This document shows, in pieces, positions 12,265 through 24,370 of a stretch of DNA of 64,000 nt. The DNA is taken from the NCBI RefSeq assembly GCF_006345805.1, contig NC_043008.1:52080001-52144000 (forward strand), read 5' to 3'. The notes below the pieces were generated by a model. It was not told where the DNA came from, ran no database searches, and was given only the letters and a program-made list of their open reading frames with translations. The position numbers were made by a program, and so were the translations under genes. The DNA comes from Octopus sinensis. Its lineage: Eukaryota. Each line of letters starts with the position of its first letter. The stretch's first letter is position 1.

Positions 12265-12477
12265 TCGCCATGTTGATTCGTTAGTTACTGCACGCATTTT
12301 TTTTCTCTCCTTCTTTCTGTGTTTTTTTTCTCTCTGTGTATCTTTCTGTTGAAGAGCGTAGGCTCGAAACGTTAAAGACTTGTTTTATTTATATTTCCTG
12401 AGCGCCATACCAATACAATTGTTTGTTTGTTTTCCACCTGCCTTCGTCTTTTGTCTATTTTCATAAAGCTTCCCGTT
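12265..12477 (+). mobile_element. Penelope-like terminal-repeat (pLTR) unit embedded in (TA)n, with minimal hammerhead-like motif
   Basis: Flanked on both sides by (TA)n. Homologous to 21629-21830(-). Contains tcttt-ctgttga-a-gagc(gtag)gctc-gaaa-cg-tt-aaaga. Confidence 0.7.
12341..12378 (+). ncRNA. Putative minimal type I hammerhead ribozyme, core variant CUGUUGA (A6U)
   Basis: Stem I tcttt/aaaga (5 bp), core ctgttga plus one extra nt, stem II gagc/gctc with 4 nt loop, GAAA, palindromic acgt in place of stem III, predicted cleavage after GUU (12373). Activity untested. Confidence 0.55.
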
Positions 12478-13784
12478 ATATATATATATATATATATATC
12501 ATCATCAACATAATTTAGTGTCTGCTTTCCATGCTAGCATGGGTTGGACGGTTCAACTGGGGTCTGGGAAGCCAGAAGGCTGCACCAGGCCCAGTCTGAT
12601 CTGGCAATGTTTCTACAGCTGGATGCCCTTCCTAACGCCAACCACTTCGTGAGTGTAGTGGGTGCTTTTTACGTGCCACCGGCACAGCTGGCAAACAGCC
12701 ACGGTCGGATGGTGCTTTTTACGTGCCACCAGCACAGGGGCCAGGCGAGGCTGGCAACAGCCACGATCGGATGGTGCTATATATATATATGGGTGTGGAT
12801 GCATAATTGTTTCTTTGTCTTGACGTTGTTTGATAATTGTAAACAAGCATCACCGTCAGACAGGTGCTGTCCTTCATTTTCAATATTCAATGGAAATTGT
12901 CCGACCATCGGAAAATATTAACTTACATGTAAACAGGTGAGGGTTGGTAACAAGAAGGGCATCTGGCTGTAGAAAACCTGTCATACGAATTCTGACCCAT
13001 GCAAGCATGAGAAAGTGGATGATCTAATATACATTTTGGTATATTTACTGAATCTAGATGAATGTAGAGATAAAGACTAGGCCGTTTGGCATCATCAGTT
13101 GTAGCGTTAGTCTGAAATTTAAAGGTCTGTTTTGACTTCTGATTGCAATTCATTTAAAAGGAAGTGTGTGTGTGTGTGTGCGTGTGTGTGTGCACACGTG
13201 TGCATACAACTAAGCACATAAATGCGGAAAAAAAGGTGGATAAGTAATACTTGAATACCTAAGGTAGAATAATATGCTTTTATTGCAGCTGCAAAACTGT
13301 TACTCAGTTTAACATTCCCATTTGTATGCAGCTCTATTAAAAGTGTACACACACACACACACACACAATGTATGTATTTGTGTGTACGTGTGTGTGTGTG
13401 TGTGTGTGTGTGCATGCATGCATGCGTATAATGTGCAAGATGAAAAGAGAATTAATTTTCTCTCAGATGCCTCGTTTGTTGGCTAGACTAATAGAAAGCA
13501 ATCAGTTTTTTTGGTAAACTTAGAATCAGTGGCTGGTCAAAATATCCTGAAAGCACACTGACCTGCCAATATAGTTAATAACGATTGATGTCTTGCAGAC
13601 TTTCTGCTAGTGAGACTATTTGTTCATCATAGCAATACCACTTAGATAATAAATTACCTGCATGATGTGTGTGTGTGTGTGTGTGTATGTGTGTGTGTGT
13701 GTGATAGATTTGGTTATATAACAAATAAGACTTATTACATATTCCAAAATATATGTAAGTACATCAATATAAATGTGCAGAGTT

Positions 13785-13815
<31 letters not shown>

Positions 13816-15124
13816 GTAAAACCTAGCAAAGATGAAGGTTTGGGTAAGAAAGATGACAGGATTCTAATACCTTTGGAGAAATAGCTTTTTTTCAGTAAGC
13901 AGGAAAAGGCACAGGTAGAAACTCTATATGCTGTGCTCAGTATAAGCTTTGAACACAGAAGAGATGTAGTGGAATCATGGGTCGATGATCAGAGAACATA
14001 AGCTTCATATATGTTAGATACATTGGAGCAGTATGTACACTATGAGTACACTATGTACTGTACCTGCCACTCTCTTCCTCATCCATTCCTGAAATCTACC
14101 TGACATTGTCATCCCACTCAAGTTTTTCCCCTGTCAACTCCTTCACTATCAGTCATATCCTCCTACCTCTAGGCTCTCTTCCCCTCTCATTTTTACCTGC
14201 CTCATAATTTGTAGTTTCACCCTGTCACTACTATTTTTAATATTTTCTCACTCCACCCTTGTCCTCACACACTTTCTTCTAAACATGTTGCCATGTAGTT
14301 TCTTTACAGCAAGCCACACTTTCTGCTCTGCATTAATCCCTTTTTGCTTGTCTTCTCCTAGCATGAAGTTACCCCTTTCGATTTGTTGTCGTGTAAGCTC
14401 CTTGTGGCATGAATAGAGCTCACACTTTGTGCTATAATGTGGTTGGCATTGGAAGAGCATCAGACCATAGAAACTATAATAAAGCAGACCCAGAAGTATG
14501 ATGCAGTCCTGGGCCCTCTGCATCCTGTCAGATCATCCAGTCCATACCAGCATGGAACATGGACATTAACTGAATATGATGATGTTATATGTATATATGC
14601 ATCAATATAAGATCTACTTGATTGTGGTAAAACAGCTGATTAGCTTCTAACATATACACAACTTGTTTTAGATAACTCAAAATAATAATCAGTCAATGAA
14701 AATTTATTAATCACTATATCAAATAGATTTGCCCCATATCAAAATTAAAAAGGTAATCCCAATAAGATGACAGATTCTACACAACTACAGTTGAAAACCA
14801 ACTTGTGTTAAGTATGCAAAAAGTAGATATAAGATTGAAGGGAATGCAAAAAGCAGTAACGCACTACGTGTTTGCAAGGTGGACAAAATCAATATTATGA
14901 GTTATGAGTTATGCAACCATTTGTCGCAATGAATTAGTCAAAAATTTTTTTGAATAATTCATTGCAGTTGCACAAACAGTTACACAACCAGCAGTCTGCC
15001 CCTGAAGAAAAGGTAGAAATCATCATTATGAAGTTGTTTTAATAACTCCATTACATGGATTTCATCTACTTTGGAAACATATGTAGTGCATAACTGCTTT
15101 TTCCATTCCTTTCATTCACATATT

Positions 15125-15193
15125 CATATATATACATACATATATATGTATGTATGTATATATATATATATATATACACACACACATATATAT

Positions 15194-15282
<89 letters not shown>

Positions 15283-15322
15283 CATCATCATCACACACAT
15301 ATATATATATATACACACACAC

Positions 15323-15374
<52 letters not shown>

Positions 15375-15909
15375 GGTTGTGTGTATGTATGAATATGTGG
15401 TATATTTGTATATACACACACGTGTGTATGTGTGTGTGTGTAGATATGTGTATGCATGTATATATATTTGTGTAAATCTATGCAGGTGTGTGTGTGTATG
15501 AGAGAGAGAGGTGATGATAATATGAAGAAAATGTTCCCTTGATTTTATATTTCTAATTGTATTTATCCATCAAAACATCGTAGAAACCTTTCAATAAAGA
15601 AACCAAAGGTAATTAAATCTTTTCTTGATCAGCTGCTTTGTGTTGATTATGTAGAAATCTAATGATTGCCAATGTTCGTTTATTTCCAAATCAAATGAAT
15701 GTCTTTAAACAACAGTTTATAGATTGTGTGTGTGTGTGCCTGTGCTTACACGTGTATGTATGTGTTTTTAGCAGTTTGGTTTTAACAGAAAGATAAGGAA
15801 AATACACATTTATTTCTTATAAAGTAGAAATATTTCTTAGATAATTACAAAAATGTCTGCAATAATTTTCTCTTTCTACTTCTGTTGATGTTGTTATTAT
15901 TACTACTAC

Positions 15910-15942
<33 letters not shown>

Positions 15943-16695
15943 GGCGGCAAGCTGGCAGAATCGTTAGCAAGCTGGGTAAAATGCTTGGTGGCATTTCATC
16001 GGTTTTTACATTCTGAGTTCAAATCCCACTGAGGTCAACTTTGCCTTCATCCTTTCAGTTCGACCCCAGCGATCAACTGGTACTCATTTTATCGATGTAA
16101 TCGACTAGCCCCCTCCCTCAAAATTTCAGACCTTGTGCCTAGAGTAGAAAAGAATAGATTATCAGTCTAACACTGGGGGTCACTGCAATTGACTAACCTC
16201 ACCCCTCAATATTTTAGCCCTTGTGCCTATATTAGGAAGCATAATAATTATTCAGGTGGTGAGCTGTCAGATTCGTTGCATACCTGGTGCTAGTAGGAAG
16301 CATGTTGGGTTTTTTCCAGGTGTTACACTTACATCATCAAGGCAAGTTATAGCTTGAATGTAGAAATATATATAGAAAAGGAGAGGAAAAGGAGATAGGG
16401 AAACAAAGAAATGAAACAGGGAAAAATGGAATCAGTGAAAGAATAGAAAGCAGGGAGAGAGATAGCTAATTAAGTAGGTAGGTAGATAGGCACAGGAGTG
16501 GCTGTGTGGTAAGTAGCTTGCTAACCAACCACATGGTTCCGGGTTCAGTCCCACTGCGTGGCATCTTGGGCAGGTGTCTTCTACTATAGCCTCGGGCCGA
16601 CCAAAGGCTTGTGAGTGGATTTGGTAAACAGAAACTGAAAGAAGCCTGTCGTATATATGTATATATATATTATATATACACACACACATATATAC

Positions 16696-16778
<83 letters not shown>

Positions 16779-16820
16779 CATCATCATCACACACATATAT
16801 ATATATACACACACACACAC

Positions 16821-16880
<60 letters not shown>

Positions 16881-17990
16881 GGTTGTGTGTATGTATGAAT
16901 ATGTGGTATATTTGTATATACACACACGTGTGTATGTGTGTGTGTGTGTGTAGATATGTGTATGCATGTATATATATTGTGTAAATCTATGCAGGTGTGT
17001 GTGTGTATGAGAGAGAGAGGTGATGATAATATGAAGAAAATGTTCCCTTGATTTTATATTTCTAATTGTATTTATCCATCAAAACATCGTAGAAACCTTT
17101 CAATAAAGAAACCAAAGGTAATTAAATCTTTTCTTGATCAGCTGCTTTGTGTTGATTATGTAGAAATCTAATGATTGCCAATGTTCGTTTATTTCCAAAT
17201 CAAATGAATGTCTTTAAACAACAGTTTATAGATTGTGTGTGTGTGTGTGCCTGTGCTTACACGTGTATGTATGTGTTTTTAGCAGTTTGGTTTTAACAGA
17301 AAGATAAGGAAAATACACATTTATTTCTTATAAAGTAGAAATATTTCTTAGATAATTACAAAAATGTCTGCAATAATTTTCTCTTTCTACTTCTGTTGAT
17401 GTTGTTATTATTACTACTACTATTATTATTATTATTATTATTATTAAGGCGGCAAGCTGGCAGAATCGTTAGCAAGCTGGGTAAAATGCTTGGTGGCATT
17501 TCATCGGTTTTTACATTCTGAGTTCAAATCCCACTGAGGTCAACTTTGCCTTTCATCCTTTCAGTTCGACCCCAGCGATCAACTGGTACTCATTTTATCG
17601 ATGTAATCGACTAGCCCCCTCCCTCAAAATTTCAGACCTTGTGCCTAGAGTAGAAAAGAATAGATTATCAGTCTAACACTGGGGGTCACTGCAATTGACT
17701 AACCTCACCCCTCAATATTTTAGCCCTTGTGCCTATATTAGGAAGCATAATAATTATTCAGGTGGTGAGCTGTCAGATTCGTTGCATACCTGGTGCTAGT
17801 AGAAAGCATGTTGGGTTTTTTCCAGGTGTTACACTTACATCATCAAGGCAAGTTATAGCTTGAATGTAGAAATATATATAGAAAAGGAGAGGAAAAGGAG
17901 AAAGGGAAACAAAGAAATGAAACAGGGAAAAATGGAATCAGTGAAAGAATAGAAAGCAGGGAGAGAGATGGTCTATATTATTAGAAGGTG
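15125..17990. repeat. Tandem segmental duplication, unit about 1.53 kb
   Basis: About 15125-16660 and about 16660-18190 are nearly identical apart from a few substitutions, microsatellite lengths and a 25 bp indel (gatggtctatattattagaaggtgt only in copy 2). The junction lies in the (TA)n of a SINE. Confidence 0.95.
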
Positions 17991-18019
17991 TGATAGCTAA
18001 TTAAGTAGGTAGGTAGATA

Positions 18020-18419
18020 GGCACAGGAGTGGCTGTGTGGTAAGTAGCTTGCTAACCAACCACATGGTTCCGGGTTCAGTCCCACTGCGTGGCATCTTGG
18101 GCAGGTGTCTTCTACTATAGCCTCGGGCCGACCAAAGGCTTGTGAGTGGATTTGGTAAACAGAAACTGAAAGAAGCCTGTCGTATATATGTATATATATA
18201 TATATGTGTGTGTGTTTGTGTGTCTCTGTCTGTCCCCCTAGCATTGCTTGACAACCGATGCTGGTGTGGTTATGTCCCTGTTACTTTGCGGTTTGGCAAA
18301 AGAGACCGATAGAATAAGTACTGGGCTTACAAAAAGAATAAGTCCTGGGGTCGAGTTGCTCGATTAAAGGCGGTGCTCCAGCATGGCCACAGTCAAATGA
18401 CTGAAACAAGTAAAAGAGA
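18020..18419 (+). mobile_element. tRNA-headed SINE family 2 (tail ...aagtaaaagag), full length with 10 bp TSD
   Basis: A box tggctgtgtggtaag, B box gggttcagtccc, internal (TA)n(TG)n. TSD taggtagata at 18010-18019 and 18420-18429. Other copies at about 11140-11340(-), 16490-16650, 41575-41760, 49180-49600(-), 53718-54125(-), 55620-56085(-), 57620-58010(-). Confidence 0.92.
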
Positions 18420-18769
18420 TAGGTAGATAGATTTGCTACAATAATACAAGATCAAACATTTACTTCTGTATTTTTCTTAACACCATGGTATATTGTGTTA
18501 ACTAGGATGGGGATGAAATTATGAAAAGATAAATGTATATTTTACCATCCATCGTTCATAAGCATCCCTTCAGTGCCTTTTTTAAAAAAAATTTCTTTCG
18601 TTCCAACCTTTCTATTATATGACATTATTTCATCTATATCTAGTGTTATATTCTGTTATCAATGTATTCATAAAAAAATTTAAAGTATAGTATAAATGTT
18701 TCTGCATTTTTGGGGTTTTTTTTTTAAACAGTCATACATCCCTTTGTTTCGAAAAAATGTTCTCTGATG

Positions 18770-19050
18770 CATTGCTATGACTGACAGGGGTCATTAGTTT
18801 GAATCCAGTCTTGTCTGCTAGGTATACATTGAATTTATACTGTAACTTACCACCCCATGTCTAATAGAATAAGAAAATATTTTCTTTGGCAGTTTAAAGC
18901 AGCTTCTGATTTGCATAGATGATTAGAAGCCCAGCCAATTGTGTTACTAGGTTTACATGCTGCTGTTAAGGAATAACCAGAATACTCTCTGGTGGAGTTA
19001 CTGTATGGCTCAGCACTTAAGCTGTCTGGTCAACTGGTATTGGCTACAAC
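18770..19050 (+). mobile_element. Decayed Gypsy LTR-retrotransposon integrase fragment
   Basis: TDRGH*FESSL ... TVTYHPMSNR ... QFKAAS ... EAQPIVLLGLHAAVKE*..SLVELLYGSALKLSGQL. This follows the Gypsy integrase pattern TDRGxQFES, TTAYHPxSNG, LPxVLLGxR, ELVYGxxLRLPG. Confidence 0.8.
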
Positions 19051-19379
19051 TACTCAAACAATCCATGCATAAACATAATGCATTATCCTACAACTGCCTT
19101 TTTTATAGTTTCCAAGCAAAAAGAAAAAAGAACTGCAGAACTTTGGATTTTCTGTGAACTTTTCATTGTTGCATGGGCATTTTTTTTGTCAACAGTTTTT
19201 CAGATAAATAGGTAGGTAGGGAGATAGAGGGATAGACTAACTGCCTGCTTGCTACCACCACAACTACCATCATCACAACTTCAGCTCATACTATTACTAT
19301 CACCCCATTACTATCACAACTGTCAATCTACTATCATCTCTATGCCTACTATTACTCTCACCCCACCATGAGCAATTGT

Positions 19380-19459
19380 AGAAGTGTCAATGAATTGTGA
19401 GAGAGGGGGGGGTCAAAGTGTGACACACAGAAATTAGTTTTTGCATTTATTATATTAGA
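19380..19459 (-). mobile_element. Helitron-type 5' terminus fragment
   Basis: Minus strand A|TCTAATATAATAAATGC...tgtgtcacacttt closely resembles the 5' end of the complete element at 44421-44902. Confidence 0.5.
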
Positions 19460-19805
19460 TGATGACCACTCTGTCTGATATTGTATATATTTTTATACAT
19501 TTATTGAATCTGGGTAATGTAGAACTAAAGAATAGGCTTTTGGCATCATTGATTGTAAGATTGATCTGAAATTTAAAGGTTATGTTTTAACTTGTGATTG
19601 TAAGTCTACAGTCAGTAGAGGCCTGAGCCTGGTAGTATTCAGTCATGCCCTGTCATGGTCTGAGTTTAAACCTTTCTTCGATGAACTGAACAGTTATCTT
19701 CCAGGCTTGTGTGTGTGTGTGTGTAATTTGTATCAGTCAAGAGACATTTGAATGATCTTACCAGCTGGTGTCCTTGTGTCTATGTTAGACTATATATTCC
19801 TTCCT

Positions 19806-20035
19806 AAAGGCGGCGAGCTGGCAGAAACGTTAGCATGCTGGGCGAAATGCTTAGCGGTATTTCGTCTGTCGTTACGAGTTCAAATTCCGCCGAGATCAAC
19901 TTTGCCTTTCATCCTTTCGGGGGTCGATAAATAAAGTACCAATTTTGCACTAGGGTCGATGTAATCGACTTAATCCATTTGTCTGTCCTTGTTTGCCCCC
20001 TCTATGTTTAGCCCCTTGTGGGTAGTAAAGAAATA
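19806..20035 (+). mobile_element. SINE family 1, young subfamily, 15 bp TSD
   Basis: Head ggcggcgagctggcagaaacgttag...gagttcaaattccgcc, tail gtttagccccttgtgggtagtaaagaaata. TSD tatatattccttcct at 19791-19805 and 20036-20050. Confidence 0.93.
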
Positions 20036-21593
20036 TATATATTCCTTCCTCACTGAATGCTTACTATGCCTGCACCCATCCACCTCCACCCTCTAGCCCT
20101 CAGGCACCTCCTCCATAGGGTTCTATCAGAAGCAACTTCCAATAGACTATTCAGCTGGATTCCCTATCATGACCAACTGAGACTTTGGCTATTTTGCTAC
20201 CATCTCATTTTTTATCTACCCCTAGGTCTTTTGTAGGTTGGCTTGACTTCAAGAATCCATCTTGTAATTCTTTCCTGTGACATTCTAATCACATCTGTAG
20301 TACTGGAGCTGTGACCCTACATTGTGGAGATACAGCAGCTCAGCCTGCAGAAACTCTTTAGTCTCCGAGCTATGTACCCTGTTGAATAATATTAGTTCAG
20401 AGATCCTTTGAAGGAATCCCATTTTGGCCACTTGTATTCAGTGGGTGTGGCCATGATTGTGTAGTTAAGGAGTTCCCTTTGCAATTACTTCATTTCATGT
20501 TCAATCTTACTATGTAGCACTATGAACTCTAGTTTTGGTTTTTGCTTTGTACCAATTCTTCAGATAGACAAAAGTTATAACAAGAAATTTGGTTGAAGGA
20601 AATGGTGTGATAATCCCTAACAGTATGACCATTCTTGGAATCTAGACTTAACACCTCCACCACCACCTGGTTCTTGCATGCCTTCAGTAAAATCCGTTCT
20701 GTTGCAAGCATTTGGATCAAATTTCTGGCCTGAAGATTCCTTCATCCTTCTTGCCATCCTTCTCAGAAACCTTGCTAGGGGTCATAGGTGTTGGATTTTT
20801 TCTCACCAGACAGGACCTTAAAAAATAAAGGTAAAAAAAAAAAAAATAAAGAGTAAATGAGGTTTCATAATTTGCCACACAGTCAAGCAATTTTGAGGAG
20901 AGGGGCATGTGAATTACATCACATTCAATATGTAACTGGTACTTTATTTTATTGACCCCGAAATGATAAAAGGCAAAGTAAACCTCACCAGAATTTCAAC
21001 ACAGAATATAAAGAAGCAAAAGAAATGCTAAACATTTTGTTCAATTTGTTAATGATTCTGCCTTAGGATGTTAATGGCGATTGCTGTGTTCAAGTGAGAA
21101 TTCAGCTATCATCCTTAACATTATACTATTGGTGAATGCAGCAAGCATATTTGTTACAGGGGATGACTCACAGTATTCATTCCAACTCTCTGTATTCTGA
21201 GTTCATATCCCACCATGACCAGCTTTACCTTGCTTCCTTTTGGAGTTGATAAAGTACCAATTCAGAGCAGTGGATTGACAGAACTTTTACAGAATTGGTT
21301 GGAAAAGATACTTTTTTGGTATCTGATTTGGTTGTTTGTATTCTTACCATAATGCCTGCAACAAATAGTATGGCCTAGCTGTAGTAGCCAAAGCTGATTG
21401 GTAGGCTTTGCTTCAGATAAACCTCATTGACACAGAGAGAGGGTAGCTTTGTATTCATGAGTAACTGCTAGTCTTCCTTGTAAAACTTTCCCAAGACCTG
21501 TGCATTCAGAGGTCAATGTATGATCAGTATTAGTGAACTGTAACCTGTGGATATACACAGTTTGGTCATTCTTTCTGACTGCCTCCTTTTTCT

Positions 21594-21628
<35 letters not shown>

Positions 21629-21631
<3 letters not shown>

Positions 21632-21829
21632 GGAATTTATTAAAAAAAACAAAAAAACATAAGACAAAGACGGGTGTGTCAACAATAAACAGATGTATTA
21701 GTTTAATGCTCGGGAAGTGAGAAAGTCTTTTACGTTTCCAGCCTATGCTCTTCAACAGGAAGGAACACAGAAATAAGCAGAGAGAGAAAATAAAAAAGGT
21801 TTTGTGGCTAGCGATCAATCATGGCAAAA

Positions 21830-21830
<1 letters not shown>
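21629..21830 (-). mobile_element. Second copy of the Penelope-like pLTR unit, (TA)n-flanked, hammerhead motif decayed (21726-21763)
   Basis: Minus strand reads ccttc-ctgttga-a-gagc(atag)gctg-gaaa-cg-ta-aaaga. Its 5' gccatgattgatcgctag matches gccatgttgattcgttag of copy 1. Confidence 0.7.
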
Positions 21831-21880
<50 letters not shown>

Positions 21881-21924
21881 GTGGTGATGATGATTAAAGG
21901 TTTAATAAAAGTATATATGTGCAG

Positions 21925-21968
<44 letters not shown>

Positions 21969-23091
21969 TGAAAGGGTGTATGTAGGATGCTGTTAATTTT
22001 TCTTATTTTTTTGTTTTTTTTTTTTTCCCTTCTCTGAACTCTTCTCTGAATCACAAATTTATTATGTTGCAGCTGTTGCTAATATAACCAGATCTAAACT
22101 AACCCAGTGGCAGTGATGTATTTAAACTATCTTATTTCTGCCATTAAGTTCACTCTTTTATGCGATTCTTTTGGTTCTTTTGTAATATTTCTTTCCCAGA
22201 TTCTCCTTCATTTCTCTTATCTTGTACTATGTACTTTATCAGGTCTCAATTAACTACTTATATTGGCCATTCCTCTTCCATCTAATTCCTTCATTTGACT
22301 GTTTTCACTTGAGGTCATCATTATTATTATTTTTCCTTTTTATTCTTGTATTTTATTTTTTTTATTACCATCTTTGTCTCTTTAAAGTTAGTTTTCTGGA
22401 CATGTTATTTTTTTCTATTCAACTAATTAATTTTATTCTTATTTTAATCTATGTTGTGCATTTTCTTGACTTGGATTATCCAAGAATAACTAACCCCCCC
22501 ACACACACACACACATACACATGTATGTGTGTGTGATATGGTTTCTCCCTTTACCATTTGGTTTACTCTATTTATTCACATCGTTTTGAATTAATTGTGC
22601 ATTATCTCAGCTTTGAAATTTTGAGAATATAATTGTTTATTTTTAGAATGACATTGTTGGGTAGGTGTGATAGGTTGGATGCGGTCCATTTGAACATAGA
22701 ACCAGTAGAATATTTGGACTGCATATGGCCAGTTTAAATGCTAAACCATTATATTTCAACAATGCCATTTTTGGATAGTTTTGTACTGCAGATCGTCATC
22801 ATCCCCATCACCACCACTATCACATTATCATCATTATCAGTGGTGCTATTAATAATATTAATCTCTGAAGTGAAAGAGCATTGCCCTCTTTCAATGGCAA
22901 CCTTCTGTTTGTCTACTCGTGTCATGAATAATCAACATTACCTTCTTGCTCAGAGTATTGCCACTTCCATCAAGGTTCTTATTCAACTAATTTTCATTCC
23001 ATTTAGCTCCTCCCCTCTTCCTCCTCTTGTAGAATGTGTGCTGCTGTTTATATCCCTTCAACACTGAAACCATTACTCATTAGTTAAGCCA

Positions 23092-23520
23092 TTGTACTCC
23101 ATGCAATCCACCCATAGTACTCAATACACAATCGATCAAGTGTACTCTTTGCAATACTTAATTCATCCCTTGTACTCTATGCAATATTCAATCTATCCTT
23201 TGGATTCTACTCAGTACTCAACAAATCTACCATACTCTGCTCAATATTCAACCCATCCATTGTATTCTGTCCAATATTCAATCCATACATTCTACTCAAT
23301 ATGCTGTACTCTATTCACTGTACTCTATCCAATATTCAATTCAACATATATAATCTCCTCAATATTCAAGCTATCCATTGCATTGTTCAATCAATCCCTA
23401 GTACCCTACCCAAGACTCAACCAATCTATTATACTCTATTCAATATTCAATCTATCTGTTGTACTCTACTCAGTACTTAATCCATCAATTGCACTTTACT
23501 CAATCCATTGTATTCCACTC
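23092..23520 (+). repeat. Degenerate 30 bp minisatellite, open in one frame (LYSxQYSxHP repeats)
   Basis: Unit about tgtactctatgcaatattcaatctatcctt. ORF 23092-23583 shows 10-aa periodicity. Confidence 0.8.
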
Positions 23521-24039
23521 TGTTTAATTGTTCCAGTTCTTGCACAAAATAATCTCTACATGCTACCTTTGTCTTCAGGTTAACATACGATCTAATGTTC
23601 ACAGAACCTTTATATTGCTCTGTTCTTTATTAAACTTTAGAACACTCAACCCTCTTTTGCTTTCCTTATCTCTTCATCTTGTTGTTGATGTAATTGAATC
23701 TGCTTTAACCACTTTCTCTATGGTAATCTTAAATGGATTGGATCTCCAACTGTCATCTGGATTTTAATCCAATTAAAAGTATAAAAGGTGTATTATTTCT
23801 TTGTCCAAACTAGTTGATCAGATTAGTGGAGAACAATTGCATTCTCTTTTATGTAGTGTTTCAATCTGCTCTAATATTTCAGCTAAACATAAAAATGTCT
23901 TCTTTCTATCTTATCCATTCATTCTTATAAGTTTTTTTTTTTAAGTCTTTGTTGTTTTATTTCTTATTTTTTTCTGTATGTCCTTACAAAGCTGGATATT
24001 TACTCTTTAATATTTTTGTTACTATATTTCAGCTGAAAC

Positions 24040-24370
24040 GTTCTGATATCGTTTAAATTCATTTTTGAAACAATGAAGAATTTAGTAAAATAACTTTCTC
24101 ATTATTAACCCTTCTGATGCCTTCTGTCTCTAACTCTGTTTCAAAGTGATCTAAATTAAAACCTGCCAAAAATGTCTTAATTTACATTCCAAACACCAGG
24201 TTAATAATGATAAAGATATTTTACTAAATACTTCATTGTTTTCAAGATTAATTGAAACAAAGGCAGAAATATGGTTAAAAGAAGGTTAAGCTTTTGGATG
24301 AATTATGAAAATATGATGGAAGATTTTAATATAGATCACTTTAAAATATAAAGTTCATATCATAGAACCA
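24040..24370. mobile_element. Non-autonomous DNA element with a same-family copy nested in opposite orientation (about 24113-24298, TTAA-bounded); another copy at about 52150-52376
   Basis: ttgaaacaatgaagaatttagtaaaataactttctcattattaacc recurs inverted at about 24198-24245. The inner copy starts ttaaccc and ends ggttaa. A piggyBac-like assignment is inference. Confidence 0.55.

Noticed and set aside
13467-13513. Possible 47 nt exon (ttttctctcag|ATG...TG|gtaaac; MPRLLARLIESNQFF)
   Set aside because: No similarity to SPRY sequence and a mediocre donor; expected by chance in 33 kb of intron.
15066-16967. Many long ORFs of Y/I/H/T/C/V (also 26510-26835, 34557-35289, 58034-58570, 63352-63758)
   Set aside because: These are translations of dinucleotide microsatellites.
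18020-18095. tRNA-like A and B boxes in numerous copies
   Set aside because: They are SINE heads continuing into SINE bodies, with no proper cloverleaf or terminator; not tRNA genes.
20529-20908. Two abutting minus ORFs after a strong acceptor-like pyrimidine tract (SCLVRKNPTPMTPSKVSEKDGKKDEG..)
   Set aside because: No recognisable domain and no supported partner exon; kept only as a possible antisense exon to check in RNA-seq.
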